Assembly (NCBI GenBank): GCA_030704615.1
Contig: CM060733.1
Span: 53,506,001 to 53,570,000, forward strand
Reading direction: 5' to 3'
DNA from: Takakia lepidozioides
Lineage: Eukaryota; Plantae; Bryophyta
Length of the DNA stretch: 64,000 nucleotides
Shown one piece after another: positions 27,750 through 39,164 of the stretch (position 1 is its first letter; every line of letters begins with the position of its first letter). A program made the translations under genes and the position numbers. The notes under the pieces were generated by a model. The model had not been told where the DNA came from. It saw only the letters and a program-made list of their open reading frames with translations, and searched no databases.

Positions 27750-28070
27750 CCCAAACTCTACCATGCTTCTTCAGCTAAAATACTGGCCCTGATGGCGTAG
27801 TTCATGGATGACCTCAAGGGCTTACCCACTTTTGGCACTAGATGGAAATTCAAAGTTAGGGCGAGTAGCCTACCTTTGAATAGCAAATAGACGCAGAGAG
27901 GAAAGAGGGATTGTAAGCGCCCGTTGTGTGGGCAACCTGAATTCCAGCCTTTTGAATGTCCGCATGGACCTCCTTGCCCATCTCCTAGGCTGCAAGGCTG
28001 GCTAGACGTTGGCAACACAGACAAATGTGACCTTGTCAGGGGTCACCCCTTATGCCAGACAGCCCTTTGC
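27750..28070 (+). mobile_element. Fragment of the CTL-intron LINE family, CCHC region
   Basis: FGTRWKFKVRASSLPLNSK*TQRGKRDCKRPLCGQPE is homologous to GTRLKFKLR..LNSKQKQRGKGECNCPLCAQPE at 19830-19940. Confidence 0.7.
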
Positions 28071-28894
28071 TGCCCATTCCTCACAACCTAAATGTGGTGG
28101 GTGTCGCTGAGTCAAAGCGTGCAGCAAACGGACACCTGGAAGCTCTGGCTCCGTCCAATAATATTGCAAAAAGTATTCTGAAAAGCCTAGGAACTTGGCT
28201 CGTCCAACTCGTAAGTTTGCCAACTGAAAGAGGCCAGAGGGGGTATGATATGTCTTATGTCTTATCCCCCGGGACTTCAAAATTGCAACAGACATCCGCC
28301 TTGACCAACATACACTAGGCCCTTATGGATCTTGTCTCGCAATCCTTTGATGATGTGGTGTGGATCAAGAATCCGGGGAAAGGATTACATTTGCTGTTTC
28401 CAGCAAGACACATGGCAGCAGACTTCCCACCTCCTCGCAAGCAACCGGACATCAAAGAAAATTACCTTTAGGTATCTTTATCAAATAGTTATTTTCTCCT
28501 CACTATACTGAAGGGGCCTGATTTGTGAGAAGTAGCTTCCTGTTTTCTTTTTCTTTTTCTTTTTGAAAGTCTTAGGTGTGTACCTATCGTAATGCAGCTT
28601 AGTCTTAATGGCAACCTTTATGTGCTTCCAATTGATATCAGACTTGTCAAACTTTGGGGAAGCCTAAGAGGAGGGACCAACAAGATTTCGGCCCTCTTTC
28701 CTTTCAAAAATAAAAATAATATGATAGCTTCGGCAACACTCCGCCGTTCTTCTTCCGGAAAACAATGAAATATGGGATGTATGTATGTAACACCATGGGG
28801 ATGACCAGCCCTTTTTGTGAAAATTGAACATAGTTCTCAGAATTCGTTGCTAGTAGTGCGGAGCAACGCGAAGCCCTAGTTGTCTTTCTTGTAT

Positions 28895-29075
28895 ATTCTA
28901 GCGATGACCGAAGGTCGGAAGCTAGTTTAGTGTAGAACATAAATAGGGTGCCATAGTGCCACGTTTTTGTCGCCACATCATCATCGCCATATCATCGTCG
29001 CCAGGTTTCGTTGCCACATTTCGTAGCCACGTTTCGTCGCCACGTTTCGTCGTCATTTTGTTTGGACCATGCCCG
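28895..29075 (-). repeat. Hairpin-ended dispersed repeat, copy 2, with degenerate 12-bp GCCACGTTTCGT tandem units
   Basis: Reverse complement of 45-164. It contains the CTAG-GACCGAAGGTC-CTAG hairpin and about six 12-bp units. Confidence 0.65.
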
Positions 29076-29193
29076 AAGTGCCCGAACTTGCACTCACGCG
29101 CGCTGCTGTTTCTTTCTCGCTCGTTGTCTTCGTTTGTGTTTGCGTGTCTCTGTGCGCGTCTGCCTTTGTGCGCTAGGTGTGGTTGCTGGAATC

Positions 29194-29303
29194 ATGGCTG
29201 GTGTGGAGGGATAGCACCAACAATGCAGGAGAAATTCACGACGAGGAGGAGAAGAAGCCTTTGGAGGGGGGAAAGTCACATTAATCTGAAAGTTAAGGGT
29301 CAG
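29194..29303 (+). pseudogene. SUMO: SUMO exon 1 remnant with two +1 frameshifts
   Basis: It reconstructs to MAGVE-DSTNNAGEIHDEEEKKPLEGG-SHINLKVKGQ, followed by GT at 29304, the usual plant SUMO intron-1 position. A pyrimidine-rich 5' UTR-like tract lies upstream. No downstream SUMO exons were seen. Confidence 0.8.
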
Positions 29304-29379
29304 GTTTGGAAGCCCGTGGCATTTTTGTGTATGGGTTGTTTCCCTGTTGGGCTTGAAGTCGTTAGGATCGTAGAGAATG

Positions 29380-31040
29380 GCACTTTTGGGCATGTGAAGA
29401 TGCTTTGTGCGGCAGGCAGTCTGACAAAGCCTCTACAGACTTTAAACCAAGGAGGCATTTCGGCAAATTCAGATACATATGTCTGTTAGCTTTTGCTTAA
29501 GTGCATCAAGATGGAAGGTCTGGAAGCTGGAAAGCAGATGCACACTCACATTATCCAAAGTGGATTCGCGCCAAAAGTTTTTCTACTCGACACCCTTGTC
29601 AACATGTATCTTAAGTGCGGGAGCATCATGGATGCTCACCAAGTGTTCAACAAAATGCTTCAACGATCTTTGATCACATGGAATATAATGTTGGCAGGAT
29701 TCACCAAGCATGGGTGTGGTAGGAATGCTTTGGAGACCTATGAGCAGATGTTGCGCGAGGGGTGGGTTGGACGAAATGTGGTTTCATGGAACGCCATGAT
29801 TGCAGAATATGCTCAGCATGGGTGTGTTATGGAGGCTTTCGAGATCTATGACCTAATGCATCGGTAGGGGGTGATGCCTAACAGGGTCACTTTCACCTCT
29901 GTGCTCAATGCATATGCCAGTCTAGGAGACCTAGAGAAGGGCAAAGAGATCATGCTGATATCATAAGAGATGAAATTGCAGCAGATTTTTGTTTTTACCT
30001 TTTTTATTTCTACAAAATGGCGGAACGAGATGTTGTATTATGGAACTCCGTGATTATAGGCTACATTGGAGGTGGGTTCTCAAGGCCCATGCCAGTGTGG
30101 CAGCCCTTGAGAAGGGAAAAGAGATCCATGCTGACATTATCAAGCCAGAATTGTGTCAGATAACATTCTAGGTACTGCCTTGGTAAGCATGTATGCCAAA
30201 TGCGGGAGCATAAATAATGTATGGCAAGTGTTTGACAATATGGCTGAACGGGATGTAGTCTCATGGAGTGCGATGATCGCAGGATATGCCCAGCATGGGT
30301 GTGGTACGGAGGCTTTGGAGACCTATAAGCAAATGGTATGAGAAGGGGTGGCACCTGACTAGTCTACGTTTGTTTGCGTTGTCAATGCCTGTGCAAGCCT
30401 GGTAGCCCTGGAGAAGGCGAACAAGTCCATGCTGACATAATTAAAGCTGGAATTGTTCCAAATATCATTCTGGAGAATACCCTGGTCGATGGTATGCCAA
30501 ATGTGGCAGCCTTGAAGATGCAAGTCAGGTGTTTGGCAATATGGCTAGACAAATTGTGGTCTCATGGAGTGCAATGATCGCAGGATATGCCCAGAATGGG
30601 TGTGGTAGGGAGGTAATGCCCAACCATGTCACTTTCGTTGGTGTTCTCAATGCTTGCGCCAGCCTGGCAGCTCTGGAGAAGGGCAAAGAGGTCCATACTT
30701 GATATCAGGAAAGCTGGAATTGTGCCAGATGTCATTCTCAGCACTACCCTGGTGGACACGTATGCCAAATGCGGTAGCATAAAAGATGCAAATCAAGTGT
30801 TCGACAATATGGCTCAACGAGATGTGGTTTCATGGAAAGCAATGATCACAGGATATGCTCAGCTTGGTTATGGTAGGGAGGCTTCATAAACCTACAAGGG
30901 AATGATAGGAGAAGACGTGAATCCCAATCACCTCACATTTGCTGGGGTTCTCGATGCTTGTGCCTGCCTGGCAGCCTTGGAAAAAGATATAGAATTTTAT
31001 GCTGACATCATGAAGGCCAGAAGTGTGCCAATTGTGCCAG
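29380..31040 (+). pseudogene. PLS-class pentatricopeptide repeat (organellar RNA editing factor type) pseudogene
   Basis: Repeated P-L-S motifs: LVNMYLKCGSIMDAHQVFNKM, RDVVSWSAMIAGYAQHGCGTEALETYKQM, LEKGKEIHADIIK. There are many stops and frameshifts, and it ends at a LINE fragment with no E or DYW domain seen. Confidence 0.9.
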
Positions 31041-31380
31041 ATTTCCTCTAGAAAGTCCTTCCCATAAGGATCAATCTCCTGTATATGAGCTGCCCAACCA
31101 TTAGACCCCAGCAGGGTCACTGCTCATCCTCAAGATTTAGAAGTTGGTGAATAGAGGTGCAGGGACTCAGGTCTTAATGGTCCTCAAGAGGGTCACTCTC
31201 TGATGAAAATACCCAGGACTGTGTATCAGAAAGGGAAAACTGTCTTCAGGCCTCTTGCATGTCGGGCATTGACAATGTCCCTTTCCTCTCTACATCTGTT
31301 TATTGTTCAAAGCTAGATTCCACGCCCTGAGTTTAAATTTCAGTCTGGTGCCAAAGGTAGGTAGGCCCTTCAGATCTGGG
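31040..31380 (-). mobile_element. Fragment of the CTL-intron LINE family, CCHC region
   Basis: Aligns to 19620-19960 (ctctagaaa..; agtttaaatttcagtct.gtgcc). Confidence 0.7.
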
Positions 31381-31484
31381 ATGGAGAGGACATACTCACA
31401 AGATTTTTGTTGTGGCGTTGTGGCCATTGACAGTCAGGGATGGAGAGAGAGAGAGAGAGAACGAAAGAAAATGGGTGATATATT

Positions 31485-32504
31485 TGTTGAAGTTAGGATG
31501 AAGCAGAAAAGGTAGGCTGGAGAGGGTTAGATAGTTATGTGCCTTCAACGATGAAGCTAATATTGTACTTGCAGATATCCAAGAATTTCTATACGAGAGG
31601 ATGGGCTTTCTGATAACAACTAAGTATGACACAACTACGAGGGCCAGACAGCGAGAGTCACGATGGGGCATACCGGGTAGTGATTGGTTTACACTACCCG
31701 GTCACGGGCAGAAAAGGCTATGTGCGCGACACTTAGCAAACGACGGAACAAGGGTACACTACCACGGGAGCAGTAGTGGGGAGTGTAGCAGCAGTGGGCC
31801 GTGAACCACGACATCCCACGGCCACGGTAGCATAGGCTTTACTAATAGAGGAATAGTGAAGGGTTGTGGACCATGTACCACTATGGCACACGACCAAAAG
31901 TCACGACCACTACCACGAGCCACTTTTTGGCAAACCCTTTAGGTTGCGTAGGCAGTTAGGCAACGGTCATTAACAACTGCAGGCTGTAACGGCTCTTTCG
32001 AGCATAATATAAAAGGGTTGCACGCAACGAAGGTATCAGTGATCAGTGTGTATCCAGTGGACTCAGAGTGATTTGATGTGTACTTATGCTATGATGTGAT
32101 GAACTCTAAAGTAAAGCCATGCTATTCCAAGTATCTCTGTGTAGAGTGAACGTGAGATGGAGAGAATGTGCATTATGAGAGAACGTGAGATGGTGAGAAT
32201 GTGTAGCATCTCAGAATAGATCTTGTTGTCTTGAATACTGTATGATTGTATGAACAAAGAGGCTCCAGCCTTTCTGACTAAGACCTTTTTAGCTGATGAG
32301 ACTGCGGGTTGGACCTAATTAATAGGATTAAGCAACTTGCCGAGATATTGATTCATACGACTACCGGGGGTTAGCTATCTTTCAAACGATTACTCTGTAA
32401 TCATTTTAGAGGCATACCGTCGGACAACCTCTGTTGCATGGCTTGGGAAATGGGCTGTAGAGTTGAGAGCCTATTTTGTCTAAGTCATAAACCAGCGGTT
32501 AACA
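31485..32504 (+). repeat. 5' LTR of Gypsy element 2
   Basis: TGTT...AACA termini, followed after 2 nt by a PBS and then gag-pol. Confidence 0.75.
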
Positions 32505-32506
32505 TT

Positions 32507-32523
32507 TGGCGACCATACTGGGG
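32507..32523 (+). promoter_or_regulatory. Primer-binding site TGGCGACCATACTGGGG (tRNA-Arg-like)
   Basis: It starts with TGG 2 nt after the LTR end. From memory it resembles the complement of the plant tRNA-Arg(UCG) 3' end (TGGCGACCACAGTGGG). Confidence 0.7.
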
Positions 32524-35500
32524 ACTAACGGTATGTTGAGTTCAAGTGAACTCAAGGAAGGCTGGCTACTCAGTGATTTCTTGAAATCACAAAAGAACGA
32601 GTCAACGGAAGCAGAGGAATGAAAAGCATTCCTGGAAAAATTTCATGGCTTACCAGTAGCAATACAACAGAAGATCTTTATTTCAATTGCGAAAGAAGAT
32701 GACAAATGGGGATTAAAGGGAGGAGTGATAGTATTACACGAGCACCTTGGGAATGTAGAATCAGAAGTGAAGAATGGTTGTCTCGTCTAGCTTTATTGAT
32801 TACTCTAATCCGAATCAGAAAAGTTTGCTACACTAGTTATATTTTCAGGGAAGAATGTTCAAATTATGAATATTGTCATATGATCATAGAAGCAGTAGAG
32901 TACTGGATACCCAAAGACTTGTTACAAATCAAATACACTGAGAAAGACAAATGGTATTATTGTGCCCATTAAAAGATTGGTGATCAATCAGTAAAGGAAA
33001 ATTAAGTCGTGATACGGATTCTGGAAAGATGGTGTAAATCTTAGAGAAAGGGTAGAGACCACTATAATTCTCTTTACTGACATATCAAGGCTTATTAAAG
33101 GGTGTTGAAAAAGAATTCTGTATGTGATGTGGGAATGAATGAGGAAAATAAGGAAAAAGCTAAGCAAGACACAGCTGAAAGAATAGAGAAATATGCTGCA
33201 AAAAGAGGAGCTCGGTTGAGAAAATATTTTCCCGGAATTACAAAATTTGAATATTATTCAAGGTGAGGCATCGAGACAAATTGACAGTGATAAACCAGAA
33301 GATCAGGAAATCGGATCTCTGGAAAGTGAGAACACTACACCAAAAGGAGTTGCAAGTAATGCACTTGGCGAATGATTATCACAAGAAAGATCTGAAGGAC
33401 CTTCTACAGTAACAAGTCCAAATCGAGGTTTTGCTGAACTATTGGAAGAAAAATTTGAGAATATTCTGAGTGAAGAAGGTGAGAGAAGTGAAACTACTTC
33501 TCCAGAAAGAATAACCAGAACTGCACTCAAAGCTTTTAAAGATTCATTAAGCTTAGTAGGGACAACAGCTGGAAGACGGCTATCTTTGGGACAAGGACCT
33601 CCTAGTTTTGAATCATTGTTTGGAAGACAAATACCAACAACACCACTAGCCTTGACAATCCCAACACCAGCAGCGGGACCATTTCAGTTTGGACAGCCGG
33701 TTGCACCAACAGCACCAGTTGTACCAGCAGCACCAATGGCTTTAGCAGCAAGCAAAACTAGACCGCCGTTTCCTTTATATGATGGGAAATCTGACCCGGA
33801 TATCCATCTCAATCAATTTGAGAACATGTGCACCATTTACAATGAAGCAACAGACCAGGAATTCTGATTATTTCCTTGTTCAATGGCCAGAAAAGGCATT
33901 GAATGGTTGGCAACTTTTCCAGCCAATCACTTTGCAAATTGGGCGGATATGAGAGCCGCATTCCAAGAACGATATAGATCCAACAAATCCACGTCTGAAA
34001 TCTTCACATGATTACAGAACCTGAGACAGAAAAAGGTTCATCAGCGGACTTCGTCCTGAATATATAACCATAGTTACAGTCATGCCTAACAACACTTTGG
34101 CTGAAGCAGTAGGAACTGCAAAGAAATTGGAATTGGGATTTCATCAAAGCAGAAGTAAAGATTCCAAAGATCCCTTGGAAGAAGAAGACTCTAATGATGA
34201 AGAAAAACCCAAGCAAAAGAAGAAAGAAGTGATTGACAAAACCACTTTGGATCAGAAGATAGCATAGGCTTTCAAGAATTTTAAAGATGAAGGGCCACGA
34301 AAGGCAACATGTGTCACAAATGCGGGACTGCAGGACACTTGGCAACAGAATGCCACATGAAAGACAAATACTGTGATATTTGTCAAATGAACAATCATAA
34401 TATCAGCCATTGTATTACAATCAACGGGCTAAGAAGAGTGGGTACACACGAGAGGTGGGGGTACACCAAGTCCAAGTCCGACGGGGAGGATCGGATGGAC
34501 CAAGATGATACAATATGGGTAATCGTTATCAGATGCCACGAGATGACTATCCACCACGGGATAGAGAACATCAACCCAGAAACAACGAAATCACGAGATG
34601 TCACTATTGCAAGAAAGAGGGACACTGGAAACATGAATGCCAGTTGTGAATCAAGCATGAGGCAGAATTGGGAAATATGGAAGCCAGACCAAGTGTAGCC
34701 GTGAGTGTGGTAACTCCTGTAGTGGATACCCTTGCGGTAACCCGAACTCGGGCCAAGAAACAGAAACCTCCAGATAAGGAGATTGAAGAAGAACGAAAAC
34801 AATATCCAGAAAGTGCAGCATGGCAGGAAGAAAAGAGCTTACACCAGGAGGTAAGCAAAGCCATAGCTCAAATGCAAGAAGGAACCCATATACCTTCTGG
34901 AGAGCCAATTCCAGATAATCAAATCAGACCAACGACGAAGACCACGAACGCAACCACGGAAACAAAATTGGCTGAAGTAATCTGCCAGACCAAGACCCAA
35001 ATTACCATTGGACAATTATTAAAAATTGCTCCACACTGCAAGAAAATTTTTTTCGGGCAATTGAGGCATTGACCCCCACACCAAAACAAAAACCAACACC
35101 AGAAGTTTACACGATTAAACCCACAACTATACAACTCCAGACTACGACGAAGCAATACCAGTAATACAAGTACGTATTGGACGGAAGCCGGTAACGGATA
35201 TACTCATCGATGGAGGATCCGGAGTGAACATTATGACAGAAAGGATGAAGAAGTCACTAGGATTGGGGCACATGGAACCTGCTCCATTCACGGTACGAAT
35301 GGCCGATCAACAAAAAGTACAGCCGTTGGGTATCATCAGACGACTTGCAATAGAAGTAGCAGGACTGGTATACGAAGTATTAGTAATCATTCTCAGAATG
35401 GAGGATGTGGCAGAAGGATATTCGCTACTACTTGGCTGACCATGGTTAACACAAGCCCAATCACACCATGATTGGGGAAGTCAGACTCTCACGATAAAAA

Positions 35501-37280
35501 ATGGATTGGAACAAGTCACTATCACTACGAAGCAACGAGGTACCATTCCACGAGAGAAACGACCTTGCATAGTGGAAGAGTATGACTGGTCCAGTAGACT
35601 GTCGGATGAAAAAGAAGCCACGGTATATGTAGCACATCCACAGTTGGAACCGATTGGTCAATTAGTGGTCAAACATACCACAACAATAGGATGTCACATG
35701 GTGAACACCCGAGGAGAACCGAATACTCCGAGAACGGAAGATCCTGAGGAAGAAGCTATGTGCACACCTCAACACCCTGCCCGTTTTTATCAAGAAAGAG
35801 AAGAGGACATTAAAATTAGTGAAGTACCTGCCACGATTGCAACCATCGGACAGGAGATTGCAGGATGGACAGTAACGGAAGAAATTCAATTGATTCAAGT
35901 GAATTTGGGAACAGTGGAAGAACCACAGATAATACGAGTAAGTGCAGGTCTCGAAGAATCATTTCTACAAGAAGCCACTGCATTATTCACTGAACACAAG
36001 GATGTATTTGCCTGGAACAACAAAGATTTGAAGGGTATATCTTCCAACATCTGTCAGCACCGAATTGAATTGGAAGTTGACACGAAACCAATTCGTCATA
36101 ACCGTTACAGAATGAACCCCAACTATGCAGCTAAAGTTTGGGAAGAAATCAAGAAATTACTGGATGCAGGATTCGTATACCCAGTAGAGACACCACAATG
36201 GTTAGCACCCATTGTGATAGTACCCAAGAAGAATGGAAAATTACGAGTATGTGTGGACTACCGCAAATTAAATGCAGGAACCAAGAGAGACCCCTTTCCA
36301 CTATCTTTCACAGAGATAGTGTTGGACACAGTGGCAGGACATGAGATGTACTCATTCATGGATGGGTTCAGTGGGTACAACCAGGTGCAGATGGCAGAAG
36401 AAGACTGAGAAAAGACCGCATTCATCACTGAATGAGGAGCCTATGCTTACAAAGTCATGCCATTTGGACTTTGCAACGCACCAACCACGTTTCAGCGAGC
36501 AGTATCTGAGATATTCAAGAATTATCTCAACGATTTTATGCAGGTATTTTTGGATGATTTCAATGTCTTCGGACATAAATCCAAACACTCGGCACAGTTA
36601 AAACTTTGCCTACAAGCCTGCAGAAACAATGGAGTAAGTCTCAATCCGGAAAAATGTACATTTTGTGTAAATTCAGGATTACTGTTGGGATACATTGTGT
36701 GCCAACAGGGAATTCTGGTGGATCCAAAGAAGGTGGATGTTATCCAAAAAATACCACCACCAGAAAATCCCATGAAACTCAAGAGATTTCTGGGACAGAC
36801 AAGCAATTATAGAAGGTTCATGTACACAGTGATGCATCAGGCATTGCTTTGGGGGTAGTTCTGGCCCAAAATGTGACAGGCACAATAGATTCACCAATCT
36901 ATTATGCAAGCAAATTGCTGACAGCAACTGAGAAGAACTATAGCACCACGGAAAGGGAAGCATTGGCAATGATTTATGATGTTCAAAAGTTTCGGCATTA
37001 TTTACTTGGCAATCGCTTTAAGTTTATTGTTGATCATCAGGCTCTAGTTCATTTAGCAAATCGACCACTAGCTAGTGGCAGGGTTGCTCGATGGTTATTA
37101 CTTCTTCATGAGTATGATTTTGAAGTTGTTCATAAACCAGGAAGATTACATGTTACAGCAGATCATCTGTCAAGAATTACTACAGGAGAACCAGTCACAG
37201 GAGTAGAGGATCAACTTCCCAACGCATTTCTGTTTGCTATTCAACCAGAAGCACAAGATGAAGAGACAGATCCTCTAGAA
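32524..37280 (+). mobile_element. Ty3/Gypsy element 2 internal region: gag, protease, RT, RNase H; truncated before integrase
   Basis: gag: YDGKSDPDIHL and CCHC knuckles (CHKCGTAGHLATEC). Protease: LIDGGSGVNIM..YSLLLG. RT: KLRVCVDYRKLN, DGFSGYNQ, VFLDDF. RNase H: NYSTTEREALA. An internal deletion joins RT directly to RNase H at about 36818. Confidence 0.92.
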
Positions 37281-39140
37281 ACATCATTTTAAAGTAAATA
37301 TGGACAAAAGGATGAAATCTGGACATCTGTTAAATAATTGTAAATAATTAATAAATGGAAAAAAAATACTATATTCAGTATTAACAATGCATTGAAGCTT
37401 AAAATTTTGGATTTTTCCGGATTGGTCCGAAAAGTAGCATCGTCCTTTGCAAAATAAATGACAAGCAAGACACCTATGTTGAATTTGAGGAGAATCTGAT
37501 CGCTCATGAGTATATTCACGGAGGGGAGATCTCCCGTGCACTCGATAGGTAGTTTCTCGCATCTTACGTGAAACGAATCATTCGATTACTACATGTCAAC
37601 GGTGAGAAAAGATGAGAGGAGCTTTCCCGTGAAAACGTAACAAATGCATGTCAATATCATATAGAAAACAAAGTAAGAGCTTTCAAACCACAATGGGTCG
37701 TGACTCAAAATTATTGGTAGAAACACTGGAATAATGTTTTTGAATTATTGAAACTTAAGGGATAGAAAAATCTTTGTCACATTGAGGACAAGAATTAACA
37801 AACGAAATGCATTGAACCAACAAATACAAGGTCAGATACCATGTCAAATACAATTTCAAATACAATGTCAGCTTGCTGCAGGTGCTTTGAGACTCCCCCC
37901 ACCAGGGGAGATCTCACGTGCTCAATACGAGAAGCGTCGAGCAGTCAAATCAAAAGAACATAAGATCTAGAAACATTCACATGAACTGATCATCCAGAAA
38001 TTAAAACTGTAAGGTAAGACAACAGTTATTTGTCACCCTCCGAACACCAAATAAGAATCCAGGAAATGCCGAACAGACGTCGAGACATAGAAGGGGAGAC
38101 CTCCCGTGCTACAACTGAAATCAATAGCACAATCACGAAAATACAATTTAGAACGTCGGCGTCATAAGGCGCCACCGTTAAAATCGGAGTAGTGAACGAC
38201 ATTCCGCAAGGGAAGATATGAAGGTTTTGGACCAGACAAAATCCTCATCATCTTCACAAAATGAAAATATTTACGAATCCTTACTATATTTGACAATGAG
38301 CTCTAAGAAAAATATAATAATCATGATCGGAAATAGTCAAGTCACTGTAGCATGGGACATCTCCCGAGCACTATGTGTAAGGGAGAAAACCATCAACCAC
38401 CATGGGAAATTGGCAGTTCGACATACGAAATGCGTGGAACTGTTAGACGGAAACAAATGGATTGCGATGCTAACAGAGGCCTCCTACCAACACATATTAG
38501 TTTTCCATTGTGTGAGGAATAGGACCCATCAATGATTGTGCACATTATAGCGAGTCAGGTGAAATTTGCTCTCCAGGATTGTGAGATCCCTGGTATTCAT
38601 TGAATCTCTTGTGTTTCCAATTAGGCTGTCTTCTTTGAACCTAAATCAATATGCAGAAAGAGTGCAGTTGCATCTCCAGAGTGAGAGAGCCGCAATGTTT
38701 GTATGAACTGAATATCATCGTATGGCTAAGAACCTGTTGTGATTTCAGGTGCGTTACACACAGGGAAAAATGTACAACCATTCACATCCACTGGCCATTC
38801 AAACATTCAAAAATTTGGAGATCAGAACAAAAGCTATTTGTCCGCAGATAAAAAACAAATCCAGTAAATAATATTAAAAAAACAACGTGACATACCACGG
38901 GAGACCGCCCGTGTTACACCTGAAAATCAGTAACAACATCGCGAGGATATAGTTTACAAAGTCAGATTAAGAAGGGGCCACCGTTGAAATAGACACATAA
39001 AAGTACATTCCACTAGGGAAGAAAATACGATATTCGGACCACGACATATCCTTATCAGATAACGAACCAAATTGGGACTCAACGAGCGCTATGGTGAATG
39101 AGAATATTAATCATGTCAGTCTGCAATAGTCAAGAATCTG

Positions 39141-39164
39141 TAGCACGGGAGATCTCCCGTGCTA
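39141..39164. repeat. Perfect 24-bp palindrome TAGCACGGGAGATCTCCCGTGCTA (best of about 10 copies)
   Basis: It is its own reverse complement. Degenerate copies lie at about 37523, 37617, 37905, 38093, 38348, 38896, 52534, 55244 and 55459. Confidence 0.9.

Noticed and set aside
37517-39164. CRISPR-like array of palindromic repeats
   Set aside because: Spacing is irregular (about 100-550 bp), the repeats are degenerate, there are no cas genes, and the context is a eukaryotic transposon.
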